From contig CAVXKA010000003.1 of assembly GCA_963762255.1 (NCBI GenBank), positions 64,001 through 128,000 of the forward strand: DNA of 64,000 nt, read 5' to 3'. This stretch comes from Candidatus Eiseniibacteriota bacterium. GTDB lineage: Bacteria > Eisenbacteria > RBG-16-71-46 > JABDJR01. The position numbers were made by a program, and so were the translations under genes. This document shows positions 13,621-24,986 of the stretch, one piece after another. The notes beneath the pieces were generated by a model. The model saw only the letters and a list, made by a program, of their open reading frames with translations. It was not told where the DNA came from and ran no database searches. Positions within the stretch are counted from its first letter, which is position 1. Each line of letters begins with the position of its first letter.

Positions 13621-13658
13621 GAAAGAACGGAGCCCGCTCGTGGAGTCGGGCTCCGTTC
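13621..13658 (-). terminator. Intrinsic terminator or attenuator after rpsU
   Basis: GAACGGAGCCCG...CGGGCTCCGTTC followed by TTTC. Confidence 0.6.
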
Positions 13659-13747
13659 AGATGCTTCCCTTGGGCCGCACCGCCGCATTGAAGCTAGCGG
13701 CGCCGCTCTGGGACGAGTGTCTACTGTTTAACCGCAGCGCGCTGAAG

Positions 13748-13945
13748 CTAGCCCAGTTGTTGGGCCTGCTGCTTCAGCATCTTGCGCCGCGCCGCCGCGA
13801 CTTTGCGCTTGCGGCGTTCGCTGGGCTTCTCGAAGTGTTGGTGGCGGCGAAGATCCGAAAGGATCCCGGCCTTCTCGCACTTCTTCTTGAAGCGTCGGAG
13901 CGCCCCCTCAAAGGACTCTCCCTCCTTGACGCGGATTCCAGCCAT
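13748..13945 (-). CDS. rpsU: 30S ribosomal protein S21
   Basis: [21 protein letters not shown]...[12 protein letters not shown]. Confidence 0.97.
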   Translation of the reverse strand: MAGIRVKEGESFEGALRRFKKKCEKAGILSDLRRHQHFEKPSERRKRKVAAARRKMLKQQAQQLG

Positions 13946-14148
13946 GCAGTTAATCACCCCTAACTTCGTAAGCTTTTTCGGGAAAGAACCTAGCTCCTCT
14001 CCCTTCGACCTTTGTCTGAAGATCCGGCCCCGGATCGATCCCCATCGGCACCTCGCAATCAGGGCGCACTATCCCTGCGTCGCGAGTGCAGATGCCTGGA
14101 AAGCCAATGGTTGGGGGAACCACCGAGGGCAAACCAACAGCGGGAAAG

Positions 14149-14178
14149 AGGATACCCGAAATCCCCTCTGGCTGTCAA
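14149..14178 (-). promoter_or_regulatory. sigma70-type promoter for the rpsU operon
   Basis: TTGACA-18 nt-TATCCT. Confidence 0.6.
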
Positions 14179-14993
14179 ACCCGATTTGGAGCGGAACCGA
14201 ACTCTCCCAGCACCGTTAGTGCCGCCGCCAGAAGGGTTTGGGAGGCTGTCTCGGCGCGGAGTCGGTGCCCCCCCAGGCGGACGAACCGGGCACCGGCCCG
14301 TTCCAGGATCCCCATCTCCTCCGGAGCCAGTCCTCCCTCGGGGCCGACCACCAGAACCAGGAGGCCCGACGGCGTTTGCCGCGCGGCCTCGGCGGGATCC
14401 TCTCCGGCCGGATCGGCGGCCCAGAGAGAGCGACCGGCGGGGAGCATCGCCAGGAACGTGTCGAGATCCGCCGGCGGGGCCACATCGAGGAGCCGCGCCC
14501 GCTTCGACTGCTTCAGAGACTCGATGGCGATGCGGTGCCAGCGTTCCTGCTTCGCGCCGTCTTCGTGCGGGCGCGCCACGCAGCGCTTGAGGAGAAGCGG
14601 AATGAACCGCGTCGCCCCCAACTCGCTCGCCTTCTCGATCACCGCGTCCATGCGGGTCGAGCGCAGAACGCCCGCGCCGAGCCAGATCGGACGCGATGGC
14701 CATTCCGAGAGCGCCTCCTCGCGTTCGATCTCGACATCCAGGCCGCGCCGGTCCAAGGCGGCGATGTGCCCGTGGTAGCGCTTCCCGCACCCGTCCACGA
14801 GCGAGACCGCATCGCCGCTACGCAGGCGAAGGCTGTTGACGGCGTGCGCCGCCTCTCCCCCCTCGATGCGCGCCCGCCGTCCGGCGCCGGATGGAGCATC
14901 GAGGTAGAGCACTTGCTCGGGCTCGCCGGCATGCATCGAGGATTCCCCGCGGCCTTCCTCGGATCCGCCGCGCCGATCCCGGCGCCCTCCCAT
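14175..14993 (-). CDS. rsmE: 16S rRNA m3U1498 methyltransferase; alternative start 14936
   Basis: H...LRLRSGD, IEKASELG, VGPEGG and LRAETA; follows dnaJ with TGATG overlap. Confidence 0.93.
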   Translation of the reverse strand: MGGRRDRRGGSEEGRGESSMHAGEPEQVLYLDAPSGAGRRARIEGGEAAHAVNSLRLRSGDAVSLVDGCGKRYHGHIAALDRRGLDVEIEREEALSEWPSRPIWLGAGVLRSTRMDAVIEKASELGATRFIPLLLKRCVARPHEDGAKQERWHRIAIESLKQSKRARLLDVAPPADLDTFLAMLPAGRSLWAADPAGEDPAEAARQTPSGLLVLVVGPEGGLAPEEMGILERAGARFVRLGGHRLRAETASQTLLAAALTVLGEFGSAPNRV

Positions 14994-16102
14994 CAGCGAG
15001 AGTCCTTCCCGCCGCCCCGCTCCTCTTCGGCAAGAAGCTGTTCATAGAGCTTGCGGCGAGCGCGGTCGAGCGATTCGGGAATCGCGATCTCCACCTTCAC
15101 GAGTTGGCTCCCCCGCGAGCCGCCGTGCAGCGCGGGCAGACCCTTCCCCTTCAGGCGCAGCAGTGTTCCCTGCTGCACGCCGGTCGGCACGTCGAGGGTG
15201 GCGCTCCCATCCAGGGTCTCCACCGTCACCTTGCCGCCCAGAGTGGCGCGGGCGGGGCCGATGCGAAGCACGGTGACGAGATCCTTCCCGTGGCGCTCGA
15301 ACCCCTCGCGCTCCTTCACCTCGATCAGCACCTGAAGATCCCCCGCCGACGCTCCTCGCGCGCCCGCGTCACCCTGGCCGCGCAGGTTCATGTAGTCGCC
15401 GGTGCTCACACCCGGCGGGACCTCCACCGTCACCATCGACTCGCCCTCGACGCGACCGTCGCCGCGGCACGTCGGGCATGCACGCTTGTGGCTGCGCCCC
15501 CGTCCCTGGCACTGCGGGCACGCGCCCACGCTCACGAACTGACCGAGGAAGGAGCGCTGCACCCGCTGCACCCGACCGCTGCCCTTGCAGACGCTGCAGG
15601 TTTCGGGCTCCGCACCCTCCGCGCCACCCGTGCCTCCGCAAGGCTCGCACGCCAGCGCGCGCCGAACCTTGATCTTGCGGCTCGTGCCGGCCAGCACGTC
15701 CTCGAGGGCGAGCGTCAAACGGACGCGCCGATCGTCGCCGCGATCGAAGTCGGCCGGGCTCGGACCGCCCATGCCCATCCCCATCCCGAAAACGTCCCCG
15801 AAGTCGCGCATGAACCCGCGGAGCGCGTCCTGCAGATCGAACTCGGCGCCGAAGCCGGGGCCGGCGCCCGGGCCGGCGCGAAGTCCGGCGTGGCCGTACC
15901 GGTCGTAGACCGCGCGTTTCTCGTCGTGACCGAGAACCTCATAGGCCTCGGCGGCCTGCTTGAACATGGCTTCCGCCCCGTGGTCGCCAGGGTTGCGGTC
16001 GGGGTGGAACTGCATGGCGAGGCTGCGGTAGGCCTTCTTGATCTCTTCGACGGTGGCCGTGCGTTCGACGCCGAGCACTTCGTAGTAGTCGCGCTGGGTC
16101 AT
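14993..16102 (-). CDS. dnaJ: Chaperone DnaJ
   Basis: J domain with HPD and four CxxCxGxG repeats. Confidence 0.97.
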   Translation of the reverse strand: MTQRDYYEVLGVERTATVEEIKKAYRSLAMQFHPDRNPGDHGAEAMFKQAAEAYEVLGHDEKRAVYDRYGHAGLRAGPGAGPGFGAEFDLQDALRGFMRDFGDVFGMGMGMGGPSPADFDRGDDRRVRLTLALEDVLAGTSRKIKVRRALACEPCGGTGGAEGAEPETCSVCKGSGRVQRVQRSFLGQFVSVGACPQCQGRGRSHKRACPTCRGDGRVEGESMVTVEVPPGVSTGDYMNLRGQGDAGARGASAGDLQVLIEVKEREGFERHGKDLVTVLRIGPARATLGGKVTVETLDGSATLDVPTGVQQGTLLRLKGKGLPALHGGSRGSQLVKVEIAIPESLDRARRKLYEQLLAEEERGGGKDSR

Positions 16103-16109
16103 GTCCTGC

Positions 16110-17158
16110 TCACGATTGCGCGGGGGTCGGGGGGATCGCGTCGGCAGCGGCCAGCTCGCGGCGCAATCCCGCCAGCACCGCCTCGACCGCCTGGTCGAGC
16201 GGTCCCGGCATGGTTGCCCCCGATGCGAGCACGTGACCTCCCCCGCCGAAATCAGCCGCCACGCGGTTCACGTTCATCCGCCCGCGCGAGCGCAGGCTCA
16301 CCTTGATTCGACCGTCCTCGTGCTCCATGAGGAGCGCGAGCCCTTCGCACCCGCTGGCGCTGCGGGCGATGTCCACGAAACCCTCGGTATCCGCCGGCAC
16401 CGCGCCGCACTCGCGAACCAGTTCGCGCGGCAGGACGACGAGCAGGATGCGTCCGCCCTCTTCCGCGCGCATGCGGGTGAGGGCCGCCCCGAGGAGCCGC
16501 AGCCGCTCCATGCTCGAGTTGCCGTAGACGTTCTCGTAGGTTTCGTTGGGGTCGAGGCCCAGGCTCAGCAATTCCCCCGCCGCCACGTGCGCACGTTGGT
16601 CGGTGTTCGCCGAATCGGAACGAACCGGTGTCGGTCAGGATGGAGACATAGAAGCCGAGCGCCATCCGCCGGTCGACCGGATGTCCGAGCCGTCGGATCA
16701 ATTCGTAGACGAGCTGGCCGGTGGCGGCCGCCGAAAGATCCACCAGGTAGTGATCGGCCATCCCGTTGTTCTCGAAGGGATGATGGTCGACGCAGACCTT
16801 GAGCGCGTTCGAGGTGCGCAGCTTCGCACCCAGATCGCCCAGCCGCTCCCACCTCGAGATGTCCAGCACGACCACGACTTCGTTCAAGTCGATCGCCGCA
16901 TCGTGCGCGGCCGGATCGTAGACCTCGAACGGAGCCTCCCGGGCCAGGAATGCGTACCGCGCGGGAAGCGGGTCCGCGTTGAGGATTCGAGCCGTCCTTG
17001 CCGCGCGATTTCAGGTATGCCCAAAGGCCGAGCTCCGCCCCCAGGCCGTCTCCGTCCGGGTTGACGTGGGTCGTCACCACAAACCGGTGATGGCGGTCGA
17101 AGGCCTCGCCCACGGCCTCCCAGTTCAGGACGGGGGTGTCGTCTTTGCGTTCATGCAT
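16110..17158 (-). CDS. nrnA: DHH/DHHA1 oligoribonuclease / PAP phosphatase (NrnA-like), apparent frameshifts near 16993 and 16611
   Basis: [27 protein letters not shown] and FGGGGH motifs spread over three consecutive frames. Confidence 0.88.
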
Positions 17159-17305
17159 AAGGGGAGGGAGTGTATCGAGGCGCCGTGGACGGGTCAACGA
17201 CTCCCACCCGACTTGTCCCTTGCGCGCGGCGGCGAATCACGGCACCATGGTGCGCTAACTTTTTCGCTCGAAAGAGCCATCGGGACACGGGAGGAGAGGA
17301 CGAGC

Positions 17306-18654
<1,349 letters not shown>

Positions 18655-18695
18655 ATCGCGCAACGGCTCGACACGTTCGCGCGATCGGTCGCACC

Positions 18696-18733
18696 GCGAG
18701 CGCCGCCCGGAAACGGGCGGCGCTTCGCATTTT
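18696..18733 (+). terminator. Hairpin terminator between convergent icd and EamA genes
   Basis: AGCGCCGCCCG-GAAA-CGGGCGGCGCT followed by TCGCATTTT. Confidence 0.6.
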
Positions 18734-18759
18734 CGGAACGCGCGTCCCCACGGCTCCCC

Positions 18760-19593
18760 TCAGCGCCTCTCCGCCACCAAGATCCCGGCGAGGATGAGCG
18801 CGCCCCCCACCCACTGCACCGGCAGGAGCGTCTCTCCCAGGATCAGGTACGAGAAGACGGCGGCGAACACCGGCTCCGCGGCGAAGATCACCGCCGTCCG
18901 CGGGGCGGTCGTGTCTTTCTGGTACCGGTTCTGCAAATAGATCGACGCGCCAAGGATGGGACCGGTGACGATGATTCCCCAGATGAGCCCGGGTCCCCAG
19001 TGCACCGGCCCGTGCTGGAACAGCGCCATCGACGGGAAGAGGACGCACATCAGGAGGAACTGGTGCAGCACCAGATCCTCGTAAGGGTGCCGGCGCGAGG
19101 CGATCTCGAGATAGATGATGTAGAGCGCGCAGGAGAGCGCGGTGATCAGGGTGAGGGCATCGCCACGGTTGAGGCCTCCCGCCTCGGGGCGGGTCAGGAG
19201 ATAGAGCCCGCCACCGGCGATGGCGGCGCCCGTCGCGGGCCACAGCCCCGGCCGTCTCCGCGTGATGAGCGGATAGAGGAGCGGCGTGAGCACCACGGCG
19301 AGGCCGGTGATGAAGGCGCTTCGCGTGGAGGTGGTGTAGACGAGCCCGAGCGTCTGCGTGAAGAACGAGATCGCGAGAAAGGCGCTCAGGATCGCCCCTG
19401 CGCCCAGCGTGCGACGGCTCGGCCTCCTCCATCGCAACAGCGGCCAGAGGAGGAGCATCGCCAGCGGGAAGCGCACGGCGAGAAACACAAGAGGGGGAGC
19501 GTCGGCGAGCGCCCCCTTGATCATCGGAAACGTGAGCCCCCACGCCACCGTCACCAGGAAGAGCACCGCCTCTGCGCGGCGGGCGGGCGACAT
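18760..19593 (-). CDS. DMT/EamA family transporter
   Basis: Two EamA repeats (VAWGLTF...RF; EPVFAAVFSYLILGE); TGATG-coupled to nuoI. Confidence 0.9.
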   Translation of the reverse strand: MSPARRAEAVLFLVTVAWGLTFPMIKGALADAPPLVFLAVRFPLAMLLLWPLLRWRRPSRRTLGAGAILSAFLAISFFTQTLGLVYTTSTRSAFITGLAVVLTPLLYPLITRRRPGLWPATGAAIAGGGLYLLTRPEAGGLNRGDALTLITALSCALYIIYLEIASRRHPYEDLVLHQFLLMCVLFPSMALFQHGPVHWGPGLIWGIIVTGPILGASIYLQNRYQKDTTAPRTAVIFAAEPVFAAVFSYLILGETLLPVQWVGGALILAGILVAERR

Positions 19594-20042
19594 CAATAGT
19601 CCTGGAGGAGAACCTCTTTGGAGTAGATCATGTCGTCCAGCGACGTCGTGTTGAACTCGTACATCTTGCTCATCTCGATCGCGGCCTTGGGGCAGGCCTC
19701 CTCACAGTATCCGCAATTGATGCACCGGCCCATGTGGATCTTGAAATCGACCGGGTAGCGCTCCTTGACCCGGTCGGTCTCCCCCGCCTGCAATTCGATA
19801 GCGTTGGGGGGGCAGACCACCGCGCACAGCCCGCAGGCCACGCACTTCTCCTGGCCGTGCTCGTCCATGACCAGCCTCGGGTAGCCACGGAAGCGGGTGG
19901 CCATCTTCCACCGCTCCTCGGGGTACTGCATCGTGAACGGCTTGGAGAAGAACTGCCGCAGCGTAACGCTGTAGCCCCTCACCAGCTCGGGAAGGACGAG
20001 CCGCTCACCCAACGTCTGCCGGTATCTCTTTTCGATGAGCAC
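19593..20042 (-). CDS. nuoI: NADH-quinone oxidoreductase subunit I
   Basis: TMQYPEE, RFRG, two CxxCxxCxxxCP motifs. Confidence 0.93.
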   Translation of the reverse strand: MLIEKRYRQTLGERLVLPELVRGYSVTLRQFFSKPFTMQYPEERWKMATRFRGYPRLVMDEHGQEKCVACGLCAVVCPPNAIELQAGETDRVKERYPVDFKIHMGRCINCGYCEEACPKAAIEMSKMYEFNTTSLDDMIYSKEVLLQDY

Positions 20043-20099
20043 GTTCTGGCCTTTCTTCTCGGATGCGCGAGCGCGCCGCGCCCGCCACCGACCTCGCCG

Positions 20100-22190
20100 C
20101 TAACGCGACCCCGCGGCAGTCAGGGCTTTAGCTCCCTCGCCGCGAGCACCGACCTTCATGATCTTGCCGTAGTCGAGTCCCGCGTAGGCGGGGACATCCC
20201 GCGAGAGCTCGCGGAAGACCTCTGCCGGCTGCGGTCCCTTGAGCTTCACCCCCACCGCCGCCGCCAACCGATGCAGGGTCTGCAGGAGCGTGGGAGCCAT
20301 GGGCGCGATGTTGCGGCGGGCGAGCTGCACCACGCCGTCGGCCGTCGTGTACGTGGCATCCATCTCGGCGAAGCTCGTGGTCGGGATCACCACATGGGCG
20401 AACTCCGACACCTCGTCCGCGAACAGATCGAAGGCGGCCACGAACGGCGCCCGAGCCAGCAGCGCCTTCTCTTCCGGGGAGAACTTCCATCGCGCCGGAC
20501 GTCCGGAGTTCACGAGGAAGAGAGCGCGGATCCTCCCGTCGCCGGCCGCCGCCATCATCTCGTTCCACTCGAACCCGTGCTCTGGGGTGACCCGACCGCC
20601 CCACTTCGTCTTCCAGACCTGCGCTTCGTCCTGCGCGATCGGGCGCTGCCCGGGGAAGTAGTGGGGCGAGATGCCGAGCATCGTCGCCGCCCCCGCGTTC
20701 CCCCCCTCATCGAGAACGAGGGTTCGCCAGGTCGCATCCTTGGCCCCGCTCCCGAGGAGCGACTCCAGCGCCTCGACGGACGCGATGTTCTGGACGCCGC
20801 CGTTCAGCAGAACCGCCAGCTTCTTGACCCCCGCCAGCTTTCCGGCCAGACCCTCGGTCGCGTGCCCCTGCAGCTTGGAGCCCAGCTCCTGGATCCAGGC
20901 GGCCAGGCGCGTGGGAGGCACGCGTTCGCTGTGGGCCGCATCGAGGTCGAGGCTCCCCGCGTCGGGAGTCGCCACGAAGAGCTGCACGCCCTTCTGGCGC
21001 GCGGCCTTGCGCACGCGCAGCGAGTACACGGGGTGGGTTCTTTCCAGATCGCCGCCGAGAATCAGAATGGCGTCGACACTCTCGATCTGCGTAATGGAAT
21101 CGAGAAGCCGCCCGCGACGGGCGAGCGCCGCCCGCGCCGACGTGAGCGTCTCGGTGCGGTCGGCGGCCAGGTGATTCGACCCGAGTCCGCTCCGCATGAA
21201 CCGCATGAAGGACCAGTACTCTTCGTTGGCAAGGTGGCGCGAGAAGAGCGCGCCCGCCTGATTCTGGCCGCGTGCCGCCAGCGGCTTCACAGCCTCGGTG
21301 AGCGCCGACAGGGCGTCGGTCCACTCGACCTCGATGAGCTTTCCGTCCACGCGCAGGCGCGGCAGAGCGAGCCGTCCGGGGTCGTTGATGAAGTCGATGT
21401 CGTAGCGGCCGCGGTCACAGAGCCAGTAGTCGTTGACCTGGAGGTTCGGGCGCGAGGTCTGGCGTTCGACCTTCCCCTTCTTGGACCACAGGTACGTGTT
21501 GCAGCCGACCGCGCAGGCGGTGCAGACGCTCTCGGCGGAGGTCATCTCCCAGACCCGGCTCTTGAAGCGGAACTCGCGCGAGGTGAGCGCGCCGACCGGA
21601 CAGAGATCCACCACGTTGCCGCTGAAGGGATCGTCGAAGATCTGACCGGGGGGTGTCCCCACCGTCGTGTAGACGCCGCGGTCGGAGAGCATCATCTGAT
21701 TCGAGCCCGACACCTCCTGGGTGAAGCGGGTGCAGCGCCAGCAGAGAATGCAGCGCTCCTCGTCCAGCATGACATGCTCGCCCAGCTCGACGCGCTTGCC
21801 CTTCTTGACCTTCGCGTCGTTGAGCCGGCTCACGCCGGGGCCGTGATCGAACGCGATGTCCTGGAGCGGGCACTCTCCACCCTGGTCGCAGACCGGGCAG
21901 TCGAGCGGGTGGTTGAGCAGCCAGAACTCGATCACCGACCGGCGGGCCTTTTCCGCCTCCGGTGTATAGAGCCCCACCTCCATGCCGTCCCGGATCTCGG
22001 TGGCGCAGGCGGGGGTCATCTTGGGCTGGCCCTTGATCTGGCAGAGGCACACACGGCAGACCCCCACCACGCGGAGCCCGGGGTGATAGCACATCTGCGG
22101 CACTTCGAGGCCGAGCTTTTCCGCCGCTTGCAGGATCGTCGTCCCGTTGGGAACCTCGACCTCACGCCCGTCGATCTTCACCTTGGCCAT
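20100..22190 (-). CDS. nuoG: NADH-quinone oxidoreductase subunit G
   Basis: CYHP..GVCRVC (N1b), HPLDCPVCDQGGEC (N5), RCILCWRC (N4), CTACAVGC...C (N7), degenerate molybdopterin-oxidoreductase C-domain. Confidence 0.92.
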   Translation of the reverse strand: MAKVKIDGREVEVPNGTTILQAAEKLGLEVPQMCYHPGLRVVGVCRVCLCQIKGQPKMTPACATEIRDGMEVGLYTPEAEKARRSVIEFWLLNHPLDCPVCDQGGECPLQDIAFDHGPGVSRLNDAKVKKGKRVELGEHVMLDEERCILCWRCTRFTQEVSGSNQMMLSDRGVYTTVGTPPGQIFDDPFSGNVVDLCPVGALTSREFRFKSRVWEMTSAESVCTACAVGCNTYLWSKKGKVERQTSRPNLQVNDYWLCDRGRYDIDFINDPGRLALPRLRVDGKLIEVEWTDALSALTEAVKPLAARGQNQAGALFSRHLANEEYWSFMRFMRSGLGSNHLAADRTETLTSARAALARRGRLLDSITQIESVDAILILGGDLERTHPVYSLRVRKAARQKGVQLFVATPDAGSLDLDAAHSERVPPTRLAAWIQELGSKLQGHATEGLAGKLAGVKKLAVLLNGGVQNIASVEALESLLGSGAKDATWRTLVLDEGGNAGAATMLGISPHYFPGQRPIAQDEAQVWKTKWGGRVTPEHGFEWNEMMAAAGDGRIRALFLVNSGRPARWKFSPEEKALLARAPFVAAFDLFADEVSEFAHVVIPTTSFAEMDATYTTADGVVQLARRNIAPMAPTLLQTLHRLAAAVGVKLKGPQPAEVFRELSRDVPAYAGLDYGKIMKVGARGEGAKALTAAGSR

Positions 22191-22214
22191 AACGCGTTCA
22201 AACCTCCCGCCGTC

Positions 22215-23438
22215 TCAGCGGTCCACCTCACCCAGCACGATATCGATGGAGCCCAGACACGCAACCACGTCGGAGAGGAGCCGCCCCTCGACCATGACCG
22301 GCAGGGCCCGCAGGTTGATGAAGGAAGGCGAGCGAATGTGGAGCCGGTAGGCGTGGCTCGTGCCGTCGCCCACGATGTAGAAGGCCAGCTCGCCTTTGGG
22401 GTTCTCGTGAGCGAAGTAGACCTCGCCGGGAGGCGCGGCCACCCCCTCGCTCACGATCTTGAAATGATGGATGAGCTCCTCCATCGACCCGTACACCTTG
22501 TCCTTGGAGGGGAGGCTCACCTTCGGATCCTGGACCTCGAACGGCCCCTCGGGAAGCCCGTCCAGCGCCTGGCGGATGATGCGCAAGCTCTGCCGCATCT
22601 CCTCCATGCGCACCAGGTACCGATCGTAGACATCGCCCACGCTGCCCACCGGGACCTCGAAGTCGAACTTGTCGTAGACCATGTAGGGCGTCTTCTTGCG
22701 CAGATCCCAGTTCACGCCGCTCCCGCGCAACGAGGGACCGGTCAGCGACAGCGCGATCGCCTGGTCGGCGGTGATGATGCCCACGTTCTTCGTGCGCTCG
22801 AGCCAGATCCGGTTCTTGGTGAGCAGATCCTCGTATTCGTCGATCTTGTCAGGCATGTAGTCGAGGAAATTCCGGATCATCTGCTCGATCTCGGGGGTCA
22901 TATCGAAGGCCACGCCCCCGACGCGCGTGAACGAGGTCATCATGCGGGCGCCGGTCAGCGCCTCGAAGATGTTGTAGGCGACCTCGCGCTCGCGGAAGGT
23001 GAGGAAGAACACGGTCATGGCGCCGATATCGAGCGCCCACGTGCCCACGCCCACCAGGTGCGAGGCGACGCGCGCCATCTCCACGCCGATCGTGCGAATG
23101 TACTGCGCCCGGGGCGGGGCCTGAACACCGCAGAGCTTCTCTACGGTGAGCATGTAGGCGGTGTTGTTGGCGAGCTGCGAGAGATAGTCGAGGCGGTCGG
23201 TGTACGGAGTGAACTGGTGGAAGGTCTTCTCCTCCGCCAGCTTCTCCATCCCGCGGTGCAGGTGCCCCATATCGGGCATGCAGTTGATGACCTCTTCCCC
23301 GTCCAACTCGAGGAGCAGGCGCAGCACGCCGTGAGTAGCCGGGTGCTGGGGTCCCATGTTGAGGGTAAAGGTCTTGGTGCGCAGGCCCCTCTGACTGGAG
23401 TCGCGCGCCGCGACGGGTCTGACGTCGGTGGAACTCAC
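22215..23438 (-). CDS. nuoD: NADH-quinone oxidoreductase subunit D
   Basis: LNMGPQHPATHGVLRL, DRLDY, C-terminal DIVLGEVDR; no NiFe CxxC ligands; GTG start after GGGGAGGG. Confidence 0.95.
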   Translation of the reverse strand: MSSTDVRPVAARDSSQRGLRTKTFTLNMGPQHPATHGVLRLLLELDGEEVINCMPDMGHLHRGMEKLAEEKTFHQFTPYTDRLDYLSQLANNTAYMLTVEKLCGVQAPPRAQYIRTIGVEMARVASHLVGVGTWALDIGAMTVFFLTFREREVAYNIFEALTGARMMTSFTRVGGVAFDMTPEIEQMIRNFLDYMPDKIDEYEDLLTKNRIWLERTKNVGIITADQAIALSLTGPSLRGSGVNWDLRKKTPYMVYDKFDFEVPVGSVGDVYDRYLVRMEEMRQSLRIIRQALDGLPEGPFEVQDPKVSLPSKDKVYGSMEELIHHFKIVSEGVAAPPGEVYFAHENPKGELAFYIVGDGTSHAYRLHIRSPSFINLRALPVMVEGRLLSDVVACLGSIDIVLGEVDR

Positions 23439-23458
23439 GAATCCCTCCCCCGCACGGG

Positions 23459-24196
23459 CTAGCTCTGCCCCTCTTCGAACTTCCACTCGCGCTGGAACCG
23501 GTTGCTGGCGAGATCGACGGACCCGCCCTTGACCGAAGCGATCGGGATGCCCATGGGCTTTTCGATCGGCGTGTAGGCGCCGGTCGAATCGACGGTCTCC
23601 GCCAACTCCAGGAGCCGCGACGGGCTCTTCACGACCCGGCCCTGGCGCTGCGCGCGCGCGGCGGCGAGCTTGTCGTAGAAGATGGCCGAGAGTTCCCACT
23701 GGCCCTCGTGGGCGGCGCGGGCCTTGTTCGGCGGCTCATCCGAGCTGATGAGATCCTGGATGTGCTGCAGCGCCGAGACCAGATTCTCCGGGCGCGGCGG
23801 GCAACCGGGAATGTACACGTCCACGGGGACGACCTGATCGAGGCCCTGCACGGTCGAATAGGAATGGAACATGCCCCCGGTGCACAGGCAGGTGCCCATC
23901 GCGATCACCCACTTGGGCTCGGGCATCTGCTCGTAGATCTTCTTCGCCACCGGGGCCATCTTATGAACGAGCGTCCCCGCGGTGAGCATGAGGTCGGCCT
24001 GCCGTGGCGAGAAACGCAGCACTTCGGAGCCGAACCGGGCCATGTCGTAGCGGCTCGCCGCCGCCGCCATCATCTCGATGGCGCAGCAGGAGATTCCCAT
24101 CGGCATGGGCCACACCGAGTTCTTGCGGGCCCACTTCAGGGCAAAGTCGAGTCTCGTGGTCAGGATTCTGCTCAGGACTTCTTTTTCGAGCCCCAC
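23459..24196 (-). CDS. nuoB: NADH-quinone oxidoreductase subunit B with a 95-aa C-terminal extension
   Basis: [23 protein letters not shown] and [10 protein letters not shown]. Confidence 0.95.
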   Translation of the reverse strand: MGLEKEVLSRILTTRLDFALKWARKNSVWPMPMGISCCAIEMMAAAASRYDMARFGSEVLRFSPRQADLMLTAGTLVHKMAPVAKKIYEQMPEPKWVIAMGTCLCTGGMFHSYSTVQGLDQVVPVDVYIPGCPPRPENLVSALQHIQDLISSDEPPNKARAAHEGQWELSAIFYDKLAAARAQRQGRVVKSPSRLLELAETVDSTGAYTPIEKPMGIPIASVKGGSVDLASNRFQREWKFEEGQS

Positions 24197-24256
24197 GCGG
24201 TGCACCCCTTTCGAGCGGCAGCCCTGCGACCCGCGCGGGCTCCCGAATAGCCGACG

Positions 24257-24285
24257 AGTATAAGGGCATGTGAAAAGCGGCACAA
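24257..24285 (-). promoter_or_regulatory. Putative nuoB promoter overlapped by a Rex/CRP-like palindrome
   Basis: TTGTGC-17 nt-TATACT; TTGTGCCGCTTTTCACAT at 24268-24285. Confidence 0.5.
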
Positions 24286-24358
24286 GTCCGCGGTCAATGA
24301 TGTACTTTAGCGCCGGGCATGGGGTTTGCAACCGCGCACACCACGCCCGCGACGCCGG

Positions 24359-24964
24359 TCAGGACGGCAGGAATCGCACGCGAGCCCAGAGGGCCAGGAG
24401 CAGCCAGAACTCCGCGTTGAGGGTCAGGGCCTCGACGCCCAGCGCCTTCCGCCAGCCCGGCCGGCCCGTTTCCCCCGCCTCGCCCGCTTGCGCCGGGCGC
24501 AAGCGCCACCACCAGGCGGGCACCGCACGGCGGTAGTCGGCTGCCTCGGTCGGGAAGGCGAGCGCGAGCGCGTGCTCCTCACGCCGGGCGTGCCCGACGT
24601 AGAGTGCGAGGAATCCGAGCCCCACCAGCGGCGCGAACCAGGGGCGACCCGCGCCGGTCATCAGCGTGAATCCCAGGGTGAGCGCGAAGTTCGCCCAGTA
24701 GAGCGGGTGGCGCGTGTGCGCGTACGGCCCGCGCGTGACGAGCTTGGCCGCGCGCGGCCGCGACGAGCGCGCGGTCTTCCCGAGGTGCGCCGCCGCCCAC
24801 AACCGCAGCGCTTCCCCCGCGGCCATGAGCGCCGCTCCCGGGACGACCCACTCCCGCTGCGGATCCGCGGCCCAGAGCGCATAGCCGATCGGCACGATCG
24901 GGACCAGCCCACGGTGCCGGTAGAGCCGCGCTCCGAGCGTGGCCTTCGGTTCCGTCACCGCCAT
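24359..24964 (-). CDS. Isoprenylcysteine carboxyl methyltransferase / PEMT-family membrane methyltransferase
   Basis: LVTRGPYAHTRHPLY, EE and Y...VP motifs. Confidence 0.85.
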   Translation of the reverse strand: MAVTEPKATLGARLYRHRGLVPIVPIGYALWAADPQREWVVPGAALMAAGEALRLWAAAHLGKTARSSRPRAAKLVTRGPYAHTRHPLYWANFALTLGFTLMTGAGRPWFAPLVGLGFLALYVGHARREEHALALAFPTEAADYRRAVPAWWWRLRPAQAGEAGETGRPGWRKALGVEALTLNAEFWLLLALWARVRFLPS

Positions 24965-24986
24965 GGCGTCCGTCCGCGCGGCGCCA

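Noticed and set aside
13679-13752. Direct repeat TGAAGCTAGC twice downstream of rpsU
   Set aside because: Only two short copies, with no array or spacer structure; not CRISPR.
10877-13963. Very long plus-strand ORFs (also 7252..9342, 19734..23462, 26226..28805, 30719..33337)
   Set aside because: Antisense shadows of well-identified minus-strand genes, expected at high GC; no recognisable motifs.
17240-17256. sigma54-like site upstream of icd (CGGCACCATGGTGC)
   Set aside because: GG-to-GC spacing is 9 nt rather than the required 10.
22215-24196. nuoB/nuoD as a group 4 [NiFe]-hydrogenase
   Set aside because: The large subunit lacks both CxxC Ni-binding motifs and has the complex I His/Tyr quinone residues; NuoB has the tandem CC.
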